64,000 bases of DNA from the sequence record OK040170.1; one strand, written 5' to 3'. Below the pieces are notes generated by a model. That model was not told where the DNA came from, searched no databases, and saw only the letters and a program-made list of their open reading frames with translations. The position numbers and the translations under genes are program-made. Shown piece by piece: positions 27,602 through 37,359 of this stretch (its first letter is position 1; every line of letters starts with the position of its first letter).

Positions 27602-27624
27602 CCCAGGGGATTAACTCCCCTGGG
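27602..27624 (+). terminator. Terminator-like hairpin
   Basis: CCCAGGGGA-TTAAC-TCCCCTGGG. Confidence 0.65.
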
Positions 27625-27654
27625 AATTATTCACTTTGTTTAGTAAGGGACAAC

Positions 27655-28134
27655 ATGAACAGCAAGCTTTTGAATCCTGTAAAATCTGGACTATTAATCC
27701 TGATCTCCGCATTGGTCGTCAACTTCTTTAGTGAGGGAGACTCATTCTACAACTTCCTTAAAGTAATCGCCCTTTATACAGTTCTGGAAATTGCCAGTCT
27801 GTATATCGGCGGCGCTATAAATAATAAAACCTTAGGTAACCCTAAGAAAGTTTACAGCAACAGTAAATATTACGTAGAGGCTAATAAAAGTCTCAACCAT
27901 TTCTTCCTGGTAGACAAAACGCCGTACAGCAACATTAACCGGGCTATCATCGAAGTCTCTGAGGCGACTGAAGAAAGGCTCGATGATAAGTCGCCGTTAA
28001 TCAAAGCGTTTGTCATCGCAATCCTGGAATCTCAAGGCTGGTCAATGAAGGATATCCTCGAAGCAGTGTTATTCGAGGATGAATATCCGAAAGAAATGAA
28101 AGCGGCTAGGGACTTTGTCAGTACCATCGGTTAA
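27655..28134 (+). CDS. Membrane protein (2 N-terminal TM)
   Basis: RBS AAGGGA; hydrophobic N-terminus. Confidence 0.7.
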   Translation: MNSKLLNPVKSGLLILISALVVNFFSEGDSFYNFLKVIALYTVLEIASLYIGGAINNKTLGNPKKVYSNSKYYVEANKSLNHFFLVDKTPYSNINRAIIEVSEATEERLDDKSPLIKAFVIAILESQGWSMKDILEAVLFEDEYPKEMKAARDFVSTIG

Positions 28135-28153
28135 TTAAAAAAGGAAAAAAGAC

Positions 28154-28678
28154 ATGATCGTAAGCATGATTTTAGCACTGGACAAAAACATGTTGGTTGG
28201 TAAGGATGATACCTTGCCATGGAACGAACCTATCGACATGCAGTGGTTCAAACGCAAGACTCGGCACAAAGCCATTCTCATGGGCTACCGTACCTACATG
28301 GGTATTGGTAAACCTTTACCTGGTCGTTTGAATCTAGTGATGGCCAGCAGCGAACCAGAAGTCCATGGCGCCGCTGTAGTACCTGATCTGTACGACGCTA
28401 CTCAAGCTGCTAAGAAACACCACTACAACGAGCTGGTGATCTGTGGCGGCCCTAGTTTATACAACCGTTACATTCTCTCGGTAGATAAGATCTACCTGAC
28501 CGTATTAGAAAATGAATACGAAGGTAACGTCTACCTGAAGAACGATGTCATCGCAGAACTCATGCGCGTTCAGTCTAAAGAGACACTGACTGAGTCGGGT
28601 TTTGTTTTGGAGGATATCCGCACCGTTGAAGGTGTTGGTCAATTCAAAATCTTTACGCGCGTCCGTCGTCCACTTTAA
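28154..28678 (+). CDS. folA: Dihydrofolate reductase
   Basis: 'LVGKDDTLPW..PIDMQWFK', 'MGYRTY', 'GKPLPGRLNLV', 'ICGG..LY', 'KIYLT'. Confidence 0.93.
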   Translation: MIVSMILALDKNMLVGKDDTLPWNEPIDMQWFKRKTRHKAILMGYRTYMGIGKPLPGRLNLVMASSEPEVHGAAVVPDLYDATQAAKKHHYNELVICGGPSLYNRYILSVDKIYLTVLENEYEGNVYLKNDVIAELMRVQSKETLTESGFVLEDIRTVEGVGQFKIFTRVRRPL

Positions 28679-28697
28679 ATAGTCCCTGGAGAAAAGA

Positions 28698-29030
28698 ATG
28701 AAGGCAACAACCCGTACCTACGACCGGGATACGATCGAATATATCGATGCCCTGTTGTTCGAAGGTAAGAAAGGTACCCTGGTGCAACGTGACGGTAAGA
28801 TGTATTTCTACTGCGACGAAATGCGCTTGGACTGCGGTGAGGTAGAAAGGACTAAACCCGTTGCTAATGACTCAACGGAAAACCTACTCTTTACCACGGC
28901 ACCAAATGAAGAGTACGGTAAGGAGTTCAAGGAAAATGGTGACTTCATCATTCTTCGTGAGAACACCCATTACGGTCTGGTATTCCGTGGCAAGAAAATT
29001 CGCCCACTTAAATTTGCGGAGATAGCATGA
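28698..29030 (+). CDS. Hypothetical protein
   Basis: RBS GGAG. Confidence 0.7.
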   Translation: MKATTRTYDRDTIEYIDALLFEGKKGTLVQRDGKMYFYCDEMRLDCGEVERTKPVANDSTENLLFTTAPNEEYGKEFKENGDFIILRENTHYGLVFRGKKIRPLKFAEIA

Positions 29031-30007
29031 TTAAGTTCTTTAAGGGTTTATTCGGTTTTAATCAAGAGTCGGTAGTAGAACGTAACTTGGTAGAAAAAGA
29101 GACCGACGAAGAACTTAACACATCCGCTGAGCTGGATAAGGCGGAGTTGGAAGTTCTCGATTACAGTAATCTAGTTAAGGGTCGTGCTGCTAAAGTAGCT
29201 GACGCGGCATTGTCGTTAACAGGGTTCTATTTGAACAATGGGACTACCGAAGTTATCCAGCAACATAATGGCGTTATCTCAGTGACATCTGCGCAGTGCC
29301 TCTATTTTGCAAATAGTTATTTGGAATCTAAAGAACTGATAACCGGCAATCGCTCAGTTTCTCCTTATCTGAATGACCTCTTTACTTCCGAGGTAGATCG
29401 TTTGATGGCCGGGAAAGGCTACTATCCAACAGATGCCGTGCAGATATTTCGGGTAGACCCTACCTGCAGTTATAACCACCACGCCGTACATGGTAGTCAG
29501 ACAACAGGTTACGTGGAATTTGTTTTGAGCCGCAACTACGTCAAGGAGGGGGTTGATCTGATACTCAAAGGCATCGCTGCGTACAAACTGGATTTTGAAG
29601 CGGCCAAGGCCAATATGATGAAGAAACACTTCACTAATCGTTTCCGTCCGGTGATCGAGTGCTTAAACGATCTCTATCTGAAAAGTATTACGGATCTGCC
29701 AGCGACCAACTATAACCCAATGGATCGTAGTGGTTTGTTAACGGTACCGCTCGGTCAACACTTCGAAGATATAGGGTTGAGTACCGAGCTGTCGTTAGGT
29801 CGATTCCGGTATACCACCGATCGTTTTGAGGTTGATTACTACCTTAACGATCAAGATGAAGAGTTCATCTATACAGTACATGATCTTCGTGCTGTCGTCT
29901 CGTTCCTCTGGGAAGCTCTTGACCCTATCGTGAAAGTTGGTAAGTTAAACGTCTCTGTCGATCAGCGTGGCGGTGACGCTCGCTACACAATCTCAGTATC
30001 ATTTTAA
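29027..30007 (+). CDS. Hypothetical protein
   Basis: 326-aa ORF; ATGA overlap. Confidence 0.7.
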   Translation: MIKFFKGLFGFNQESVVERNLVEKETDEELNTSAELDKAELEVLDYSNLVKGRAAKVADAALSLTGFYLNNGTTEVIQQHNGVISVTSAQCLYFANSYLESKELITGNRSVSPYLNDLFTSEVDRLMAGKGYYPTDAVQIFRVDPTCSYNHHAVHGSQTTGYVEFVLSRNYVKEGVDLILKGIAAYKLDFEAAKANMMKKHFTNRFRPVIECLNDLYLKSITDLPATNYNPMDRSGLLTVPLGQHFEDIGLSTELSLGRFRYTTDRFEVDYYLNDQDEEFIYTVHDLRAVVSFLWEALDPIVKVGKLNVSVDQRGGDARYTISVSF

Positions 30008-30014
30008 AATAACG

Positions 30015-30040
30015 CCTTCCTCTATTCAGATAGAGGAAGG
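30015..30040 (+). terminator. Terminator-like hairpin
   Basis: CCTTCCTCTAT-TCAG-ATAGAGGAAGG. Confidence 0.65.
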
Positions 30041-30065
30041 TTCTATTCTGTCCTAGGAGATAACC

Positions 30066-30524
30066 ATGCTTGCAACGTTAGTAGATATCATCCGTACTTA
30101 CGAAAAAGAAGTGAAACGTTACATTACCCTGCACTTCTCTGCTAACCCGAACGATTTGGCGTTTGGTTTTGGTAAACTGTATCCGGGTAAAGGTCACTTC
30201 GTCTCTCTGGCACGAGAGAACCCTAACACGATCATTGTCGATGGTCAGTTCCGTTGTGTCTGGATCGACAACGACGTCGACTTCGAAACACTCTTCCATG
30301 AGATTCGGGCTACAGAATTGCCTGTCCACGTATTCGGTTCCGGTAGTGTAAGGATGCCTGAGGATTTAGGTCCTGAGCGCATGAACTACGGGTTCCCTGT
30401 AAAAATGGTATTCGTTGCACATGTGGCAATTGAGTACCTCCGTGGCCACGGGGTAATTGAGGTAGTCTTGGTGCGAGACATCCGTCAGCCTTCTCGCGTC
30501 TCTCAAACTTTCGAGATTGAATAA
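30066..30524 (+). CDS. Hypothetical protein
   Basis: RBS AGGAG. Confidence 0.7.
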   Translation: MLATLVDIIRTYEKEVKRYITLHFSANPNDLAFGFGKLYPGKGHFVSLARENPNTIIVDGQFRCVWIDNDVDFETLFHEIRATELPVHVFGSGSVRMPEDLGPERMNYGFPVKMVFVAHVAIEYLRGHGVIEVVLVRDIRQPSRVSQTFEIE

Positions 30525-30910
30525 TGAGCGACAAAATCGTTCGGGTCTATTCTGGGTCACTTACCCCGGCCCTCAGCGCAGTCCTGTTGGAATATAACAC
30601 CAACCAAAGCGCTATCCTTCAAGCGGCTAATAAACCCGGTGAGTTCATCCTGGGGAAAAGCGGTTTCCATTTCCTCATGGTAGACGATACCGTTGGAACG
30701 GAACGGATGAAGTTTCTTTCCGATCGAAATAACTACCCAGATGCCACCGTTGTCATTAGTTGTATTTCTACGAAATTCAGCGACCTGGTCGCACTAGGTT
30801 ACATTAGTTCATCCCACATGACCATAGATGTTATTGATGGTGAACTCTGTGCTACCGTCAACCGTAGCAACTATTTATCAATGGGGACCGTGATACGCAT
30901 ATGTTACTGA
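30524..30910 (+). CDS. Hypothetical protein
   Basis: TAATG coupling with the previous gene. Confidence 0.65.
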   Translation: MSDKIVRVYSGSLTPALSAVLLEYNTNQSAILQAANKPGEFILGKSGFHFLMVDDTVGTERMKFLSDRNNYPDATVVISCISTKFSDLVALGYISSSHMTIDVIDGELCATVNRSNYLSMGTVIRICY

Positions 30911-31008
30911 TCGACGAACCTGAAGACCGTGGAGCATTTCAGCAGGAAGACCCCTCTGACTTCACCGGCAACCAACCCGTAAACTCTTAATCGAAAGGTA
31001 GATAATAA

Positions 31009-32667
31009 ATGGAACAGATTCAAAACGCAGGTACTGAACACGAAGCTGGTAAATCTCAATTCGACTTCGACCTGTTGGTTGAAGTAGTAAAAGAAAACAT
31101 CAAACTCAACAGTAGCGCACCTAACCTCCGTTTCGGCGAAAGCTCGTTCTTCCCACTCTTCCGCGTCAACGTGGCGCACGCTAACTCGAGCAAATCTCTG
31201 TACGACATTTACCTGGACTCCTTCGGTGAACAGGATCGCAAAGAGCTGACCTGCCGGACCTGTAAGCGTTGGTTGGAAGCTAACGGCAATCTCGTTACCA
31301 TCGGTGCCGGCGGAGAAGTTTCATCTGTCGCTTTTAATACCGAGACTGGTAAGTTGGCCGAACTGCCAGTGGAAGTCTCTAACCTGCTTCTGAAGCTCCA
31401 GAGTGCAGTTGAGCGTTCTCCGGTTAATGGTTACCGTACACTTAGCCGCGGTAGCGATACTGCAGTACCTAACGATGGTCGGTGGCTGCACTTCCACGGT
31501 ACCCTGGGTTCTATTCCTCTGAACCCGGTCAAAGTTAACTACGCAGGTGAAGAGAATGCGGCGGCTGAGAAAGTATTGGTAATGCGCAATGCGCTGAACC
31601 GTTGGTCTCTGGATATTCTGTCTCATGCAAAAGCGCTGGCTACCTACGGTGCTCTGCGCAATCACCGCCATCGTAACCGCATCAAGCAGTACGTCGATAA
31701 CGCTAAGCTGTACCATGCGATTAAAGACAACCGTAAGCGTGATGCACTGGTTTGGCTGTGGGCTAATACCCTGACTCCAGATCAGACTAACGTAGTCGGT
31801 ACATCCCTGGGCATGTTGTTCGACGCCCTGGTGGAAGGCGGTGAGGATCTGGCACTGACTCGTTATATCCGTGAAACTGACGGTGTTAACTATCAGCGGC
31901 CGACTGAAGAGCCTACAGTACGTGAGCTCGATGAAGCACAAGAGCTGGTGTCTAAGAACGGTTGGGATCGTTCGTTCCACCGTACCGCTGCTAAGCTGGA
32001 AGACATCCAGTACCTGTTCTGGGTACCGGGTGAAACTAAGCAGGAAGAAGGTCGCCAGGGTGTATTCAGCCAGGTGAAAACCAAGGATGCGCAACCTGAG
32101 AAGGCGGCAGTTGAAGGTGGCCGTATCTCGATTCTGGACTTCATGTCTAAAGTCGTACCTAACGCTACTTCTATCCAGTTCAAGTTCAATCCTCGCGGCG
32201 TGTTTAACTTCCTGTTCTACACGAAAGCCGAATTCGCCGATGCACCTCCTATCCTGAAGTGGGATCGCGAAGACCGCCGTAATACCGTTTCCGGTTACCA
32301 GTATAGCCAGTCAATCTATCCTGAGTATGCCGGTATCGATTCTCCACGTGTCGACGTCATTGGGATTACGGTTCCGCCTGAAACCTGGGCTAACCCAGAG
32401 ATGGAGTACGGTACAATGAAGGACCCAGTGTTCTTGCTTAAAGGTGCGTACGATATCCGTAACAGCCAGAGCGCTTTGTTCCCTGAGAACATGCGTCATG
32501 AGCTGCACGGTTCCCGTCGCGTTATTGAAGCGTTCTCTTCCAGCACACCGCTGGCTGATAAAGTCGGCGTAACAGGTATTACTCCGATCAACTTCCCGCA
32601 ATTGACCGCGGAAGTAGTTACTAAAGACGGCGAGAAAGTGAGCTACTCGTTTATCGGTAATCACTAA
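31009..32667 (+). CDS. Large conserved phage protein of unknown function
   Basis: 552 aa, strongly biased codons. 'LYDIYLDSF...TCRTCKRWL', 'WLHFH', 'NYQRPT', 'RRNTVSGYQY', 'LFPENMRHELHGSRRVIEAFS'. Confidence 0.75.
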   Translation: MEQIQNAGTEHEAGKSQFDFDLLVEVVKENIKLNSSAPNLRFGESSFFPLFRVNVAHANSSKSLYDIYLDSFGEQDRKELTCRTCKRWLEANGNLVTIGAGGEVSSVAFNTETGKLAELPVEVSNLLLKLQSAVERSPVNGYRTLSRGSDTAVPNDGRWLHFHGTLGSIPLNPVKVNYAGEENAAAEKVLVMRNALNRWSLDILSHAKALATYGALRNHRHRNRIKQYVDNAKLYHAIKDNRKRDALVWLWANTLTPDQTNVVGTSLGMLFDALVEGGEDLALTRYIRETDGVNYQRPTEEPTVRELDEAQELVSKNGWDRSFHRTAAKLEDIQYLFWVPGETKQEEGRQGVFSQVKTKDAQPEKAAVEGGRISILDFMSKVVPNATSIQFKFNPRGVFNFLFYTKAEFADAPPILKWDREDRRNTVSGYQYSQSIYPEYAGIDSPRVDVIGITVPPETWANPEMEYGTMKDPVFLLKGAYDIRNSQSALFPENMRHELHGSRRVIEAFSSSTPLADKVGVTGITPINFPQLTAEVVTKDGEKVSYSFIGNH

Positions 32668-32681
32668 TCGTTGTTCATATC

Positions 32682-32710
32682 GGCGGGGATTTTCCCCGCC
32701 TTTATTTTTT
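32682..32710 (+). terminator. Intrinsic terminator
   Basis: GGCGGGGA-TTT-TCCCCGCC followed by TTTATTTTTT. Confidence 0.75.
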
Positions 32711-32735
32711 GTTTGAATCTAAACTTTTTTGAAGC

Positions 32736-32753
32736 CTATATTACTTTATTGAG
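32736..32753 (+). promoter_or_regulatory. Early-type phage promoter
   Basis: CTATATTACTTTATTGAG. Confidence 0.7.
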
Positions 32754-32784
32754 GATAGAATTCCAATTTAGCGGAGAAACTTTT

Positions 32785-33339
32785 ATGGAGTATCAAGTAT
32801 ATCGAGGCTTAGTTCGTAAAGCACCTATCACTGAATCAGTTCATCCATCCATAACCTTTGCTGGTAATAAAGCAACGGCTGAGTATTACGCCCACAATCC
32901 AAACAACGCTGACCTGAAGGGTAATTGCCCTACGGTCTACTCGGCGACGATTGAGATCAATAACCCTTTCATTGTCGATAAGGATTACTCCGGCATCGAG
33001 TTCAAACAACTCCTTCGTGTTATGAGTAAGGTCGAGGTTTATAAGCTGATCTTAGAACACGAAGAATATGTCAAAGGGACTTACCTTTATCAGGAGTTCG
33101 TAAGGGAAGGCGCGTTGAGTAGTAACTACGTTCTGGAGTGTATCGGGAGAACCCCGTCTCTTCTGGAAGTGGCTTTACCTGCGTATGTGTTCCTGGATAA
33201 TCCTGATATCATCTCGAGACTTATTCGTTCAGGTTTTGACGGATCGATACATCGCGGTACGGGTGTCTCTATGGATGACGTCGAATATCGGATCTGGCTG
33301 AGTCACTCCCAGATAAAGAAGCATTGTTGCTGTAATTAG
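32785..33339 (+). CDS. Putative ADP-ribosyltransferase (ART-PolyVal-like)
   Basis: ATG 32785 after RBS GGAG. 'VYRG...SITF...A.YYA...VYSATIEINNP...GFDG.I...EY.IW...QIK' layout. Confidence 0.55.
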   Translation: MEYQVYRGLVRKAPITESVHPSITFAGNKATAEYYAHNPNNADLKGNCPTVYSATIEINNPFIVDKDYSGIEFKQLLRVMSKVEVYKLILEHEEYVKGTYLYQEFVREGALSSNYVLECIGRTPSLLEVALPAYVFLDNPDIISRLIRSGFDGSIHRGTGVSMDDVEYRIWLSHSQIKKHCCCN

Positions 33340-33347
33340 GAGGAGTT

Positions 33348-33737
33348 ATGAAACCTATTGAGCCTGGTTGTATGGCGGTTATAATTTCCCAGACCAAAGA
33401 AGAAGGTCGTAACGAAGTCGGTAAGGTAGTAAGAGTAGTTGGACTTGTTCCTGATGGGGAGAGTCTCTATTCTTTGGAAGGAGTGACTACGTGTACTGGG
33501 GGGTCGATTAAATCAACTGGGGCATTCATACCGGATGTTAGAAGTTGGGTAGTTCTTGGTGACATCGTGGTCGCTAAACTTACCACGGATAAGTACGGTA
33601 CCATCTTTGCTAAAGGTGAAATCACAATCGGTGGTTTTACTGGTAACGGGATGGTTGCCGAACATCGTTTAATGCGTATCGATGGTTTTGAGGACGAAGA
33701 CAAAACCAAAGAAAAAGATTTACTGCTTACGGAGTAG
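33348..33737 (+). CDS. Conserved phage hypothetical protein
   Basis: RBS AGGAGG. 'MKPIEPGCMAVII...EHRLMRIDG' pattern. Confidence 0.7.
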   Translation: MKPIEPGCMAVIISQTKEEGRNEVGKVVRVVGLVPDGESLYSLEGVTTCTGGSIKSTGAFIPDVRSWVVLGDIVVAKLTTDKYGTIFAKGEITIGGFTGNGMVAEHRLMRIDGFEDEDKTKEKDLLLTE

Positions 33738-33743
33738 AAAAAC

Positions 33744-34184
33744 ATGTACCTCCCAATTACTTTTGACCTGCTGCGAGAGAAATCAACGGGAACGATCGTT
33801 GAAGTAACTTCTTCTGATGCGGAACAGTCTACCATCAGTTTTGTTCCAGTGATCGATAAAGAGGGTAATGTCATTACATCAGGCGTTACCGATATCCTCT
33901 CTCTGGAAGAGATGGTTAAGCAGTTCGAACTACTGGAGAACCTGTCTTACTTCAACGTACGTGAAGAAGGTCAGATGGACTTTGGTAGCATGGTAGTCGT
34001 TAAGGATAACGATGAAGTTAACAAGCTGATGCTTGCCTACTACGAATACATGGATCAACCGATGATGCTCCAGTATCTCGAGATCGATGTAGAGTGGCCG
34101 GCATTGGCTGTAGTAATGAACCAGGCTCTCTTTGTAGAGTCGGTAAACAAAGTCAGTAAAATCATTCAAACTGTTAAAGGTTAA
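33744..34184 (+). CDS. Hypothetical acidic protein
   Basis: RBS GGAG. Confidence 0.7.
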   Translation: MYLPITFDLLREKSTGTIVEVTSSDAEQSTISFVPVIDKEGNVITSGVTDILSLEEMVKQFELLENLSYFNVREEGQMDFGSMVVVKDNDEVNKLMLAYYEYMDQPMMLQYLEIDVEWPALAVVMNQALFVESVNKVSKIIQTVKG

Positions 34185-34194
34185 GGAAAGTCAA

Positions 34195-34650
34195 ATGTCC
34201 GATAAAACTATTGCTCGTCGTGTCTTCATCGCATCTTCCGATCTGGTTAACAAAATCGGCTATACGGCCTTTAACCAGGTCTTGCTGAACGCCAAACATA
34301 TTCAGTGTGCATTCGGGTTACCTTACCCGGACGCAGGCTCTGCTAAGCTGGCAGAACCGTATTCCTATTCCCCGCTGCCAAACAACGGTTACGATACCGT
34401 AGAGAACCCGGTAGCTTATCTGCACGATTTCCGCCGTACTCCTTCTGGTATCTACGCACTGATCTCCCCGATGGAAGGTTGTACTAACAAAACCTTCCTG
34501 AAGGCGCTGGCGGGTACGCAGCAGACGTTCAAGTTCGTTCCGCGCGTTATCTTGAAGAAAGCGAAGCTCAAGTCAGTGAACAACTTCCACCTGCAGGCAG
34601 CCAACCGGGACTTCCACGAGATCATCACTTTTGACATGATCTGGAAATAA
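34195..34650 (+). CDS. Hypothetical protein (possible degenerate prohead-protease-like fold)
   Basis: RBS AAGGA; 'FKFVPR...IITFDM'. Confidence 0.6.
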   Translation: MSDKTIARRVFIASSDLVNKIGYTAFNQVLLNAKHIQCAFGLPYPDAGSAKLAEPYSYSPLPNNGYDTVENPVAYLHDFRRTPSGIYALISPMEGCTNKTFLKALAGTQQTFKFVPRVILKKAKLKSVNNFHLQAANRDFHEIITFDMIWK

Positions 34651-34661
34651 CTAATCATAGC

Positions 34662-34681
34662 GGGTAGGGATTTCCCTACCC
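34662..34681 (+). terminator. Terminator hairpin
   Basis: GGGTAGGGA-TT-TCCCTACCC. Confidence 0.65.
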
Positions 34682-34715
34682 TTTATACTCCCATTTAATT
34701 AAGTAAGGAAATGTC

Positions 34716-35168
34716 ATGAAAGGTATTAGCGATTATTTGTTATCCATGTTGATTGAAGAAGGTACTGTTACTCGTGCTGAGATTAAGGACTTTATCCGTA
34801 TCATCAAGGAGCCTTCTTCTTACGCGACGATTCGCATCGTAGTTCCTAAAGACGCCGGGATTGCTTTCCTGAAAGATCATATTCAGGCCGATGAGATCAA
34901 AGCAATGAAGTTCCGTCGGGTTCGCATTGTTGATGCGCAGTGGCGAGTTGGCGAAACGCTGGTTAACTTGGGCGATAATAAGCCTGGTTTCATCTACCGT
35001 GAAGACTCCCACTCTACGTTCCACCTGGATCAGGTGGTAGGTTATCGCGACCTGGGCCTACGGTTCTCATTTAAGGCAGATACCCTTGCGAGCGGTTTTA
35101 CTCGTGATGTTTTCTTCCGTCAGCCTGACTGGGTGGAATTAGAATTCGCTGGGGTATTACTGAAATGA
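34716..35168 (+). CDS. Hypothetical protein
   Basis: RBS AAGGA. Confidence 0.7.
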   Translation: MKGISDYLLSMLIEEGTVTRAEIKDFIRIIKEPSSYATIRIVVPKDAGIAFLKDHIQADEIKAMKFRRVRIVDAQWRVGETLVNLGDNKPGFIYREDSHSTFHLDQVVGYRDLGLRFSFKADTLASGFTRDVFFRQPDWVELEFAGVLLK

Positions 35169-35668
35169 TTACAACACTCATCACCTACCGTAAGGGCAGT
35201 GGGATGAATCAGATACGTAAGCAACTGCCAATTAAACACAATGCAGTTGTGTCTGAATCCACTGTCTCGATTGTCTACGCTAAATGGGCGAGTGGTGTAG
35301 AGATGACCAACCCTGATGTCGAAGTCAAGATGGAGGGTAAGTTACTTTCCTTCTCCATGATCCCTCCTGTTGTCGTTGATGACAATGAAGGGATTGAGCT
35401 CTTCGTCAACGATCGTTGGTTAGTTGATCTGAGTAAGATTACTACTGTCGATCAACCGGAGATCATCATCTTCGAGATCGAAACGGGAATTAAGTCGGCC
35501 AGTCTCTATCGTCACCACTCGGGTAAGATCTATCAGGTTATTACTTTAAGTAACATGAAGGTAACCAAACCCGAGTACAAAGAGACTGTGACTTATCGGG
35601 ATATCGAGAGCGGCACGACCTACAGTCGTCCCCTTGAAGAATTCACTAAGAGCTTTACAGCTCTCTAA
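35165..35668 (+). CDS. Protein with a C-terminal DUF1653-like domain
   Basis: 'LYRHHSGKIYQV...VTYR......YSRPLEEF'. Confidence 0.65.
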   Translation: MITTLITYRKGSGMNQIRKQLPIKHNAVVSESTVSIVYAKWASGVEMTNPDVEVKMEGKLLSFSMIPPVVVDDNEGIELFVNDRWLVDLSKITTVDQPEIIIFEIETGIKSASLYRHHSGKIYQVITLSNMKVTKPEYKETVTYRDIESGTTYSRPLEEFTKSFTAL

Positions 35669-35683
35669 AAAGGTAACGGGGAA

Positions 35684-36925
35684 ATGTTAGAGTCAATAAT
35701 GACTGTGCTTGAGAAATTCAACCACATTGCAAAAGACAACATGTTACTTAGCGTGTTGTTTGGCGGCTCTGGGGTGATGTTGATTACAGCGGTGGTGAAG
35801 GGCTTACCATCTAAGTTATTCAACTTCTTCTTACACCACCTCACTACACGCATCAACATGGAGACAATCTTCAACTATACGCACTTTTCTAACTTTGAAG
35901 AGTGGTTCTCCAGTAGTAAGTGGGTTCGCTACGTACGTTCGGTACAGCCGTCAGTAACGGGTAACGGCAAACAGTCAGCCGGGATGGGGACTCATTGGTT
36001 CTTCTATAAATGCAGACCTGTTAAGTTCACTAAGAAGATGGTGCAGAGCAATGGTCGTAATGATGGGTCAATGGATATGGAATTCCGATTCTTTACCCGT
36101 AACCATGCACTCATTGATCAGTTCTTTGCCGAGATATCTCGGTCGCCAGATCGTAACACGCACACGTTCATCTCAGAACAAGGTGCAGGTGCCTCGGTTA
36201 AGATACCCAGTCGAGATCTCGATACGGTAGTTATCGATGCTGAGACTAAATCGAAGATCATCACTACAATTGATAACTTCAGGAAGAACCGTCAGTGGTA
36301 CTACGACCGTGGTATTCCTTATAAGTTAGTCATCCTTCTTCACGGTTTGCCTGGTACGGGTAAGACGTCATTGATCCGTAGTATCGCAGGTTATCTGAAG
36401 ATGGATATCATGGTGTTCGACCCACGTCGCGACCCTTACAACATTGGCGCCAATCTACGCGGATTGTGGCCAGGGTACATTGGAGTTATCGAGGACATTA
36501 ACGCCAAACCAATGTCTAAGGACTTAGCGATTGAGCGGGAACCAGATCCTTTCTCTCCAGTAAACTCCCCTGCATCCAATAAGCCGCCTATCAACGAAGT
36601 TGACATGAAGTCCATGTTGAACGCGTTGGACGGGCCAGTGCCGTTGGACGATAAGATCATCTTCATTACGTCTAACCACGTAGAGGAGTTGGATCCTACC
36701 TTTATTCGGCCAGGTCGTATTGATCTTTCCATCGAGATCAAACCACTGACCTACAAGGAAGTTAATGAGTTCAGTATCCTTAATTACGGCCGTGGCATTT
36801 CTGATGATGAGTCATATGGTACAATCACCGGTGCCGCACTTCAACAGATCATGTTGGATAACATCGGTGATTTCGATGGCTTCTACAAAACACTTAAAAC
36901 AAAACTTTCCGAAGAGGTAGCGTAA
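35684..36925 (+). CDS. BCS1-like AAA+ ATPase with an N-terminal membrane anchor
   Basis: 'WY..RGIPYK...LHGLPGTGKTS', 'LNALDG', 'TSNHVEELDPTFIRPGRID'. Confidence 0.85.
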   Translation: MLESIMTVLEKFNHIAKDNMLLSVLFGGSGVMLITAVVKGLPSKLFNFFLHHLTTRINMETIFNYTHFSNFEEWFSSSKWVRYVRSVQPSVTGNGKQSAGMGTHWFFYKCRPVKFTKKMVQSNGRNDGSMDMEFRFFTRNHALIDQFFAEISRSPDRNTHTFISEQGAGASVKIPSRDLDTVVIDAETKSKIITTIDNFRKNRQWYYDRGIPYKLVILLHGLPGTGKTSLIRSIAGYLKMDIMVFDPRRDPYNIGANLRGLWPGYIGVIEDINAKPMSKDLAIEREPDPFSPVNSPASNKPPINEVDMKSMLNALDGPVPLDDKIIFITSNHVEELDPTFIRPGRIDLSIEIKPLTYKEVNEFSILNYGRGISDDESYGTITGAALQQIMLDNIGDFDGFYKTLKTKLSEEVA

Positions 36926-37359
36926 TGTTTTCACCCATGTTCGAGATGATCGGTAACTTCCTCAACGGTTGTCCTCGGTCTTTCATCACTACCGACGGTT
37001 CAGTGACGCTGGAAGAAATGAAAGGGTGGTTTGGTAACGGTTACAATATCGTTGTTTTTACTCCCCCGGAAGATACTTCCAAATCACGTTCTTACCTCGC
37101 TAAGATGTTTGAGCAGGACGCCGCTGAATTAGAAAGCGAAGAAGGTGAGAATAAGATTTACTTCTACGAGTCAGAGGAAACCGACAGCTATCTGGATATG
37201 GCTATTCTGGTTTCCACCGACGCGTTGGTTGAGTTCTCTCGTTACATTGATGTTGACGACAAGAATTTCAGCTACATCAACGCTACCATCAAAAAGTGCC
37301 GTGGTTACGAATCTTACGGTAAAGTCACGCTACAACTACCAATGGGGTATCCGCTGTGA
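36925..37359 (+). CDS. Hypothetical acidic protein
   Basis: TAATG coupling. Confidence 0.7.
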   Translation: MFSPMFEMIGNFLNGCPRSFITTDGSVTLEEMKGWFGNGYNIVVFTPPEDTSKSRSYLAKMFEQDAAELESEEGENKIYFYESEETDSYLDMAILVSTDALVEFSRYIDVDDKNFSYINATIKKCRGYESYGKVTLQLPMGYPL

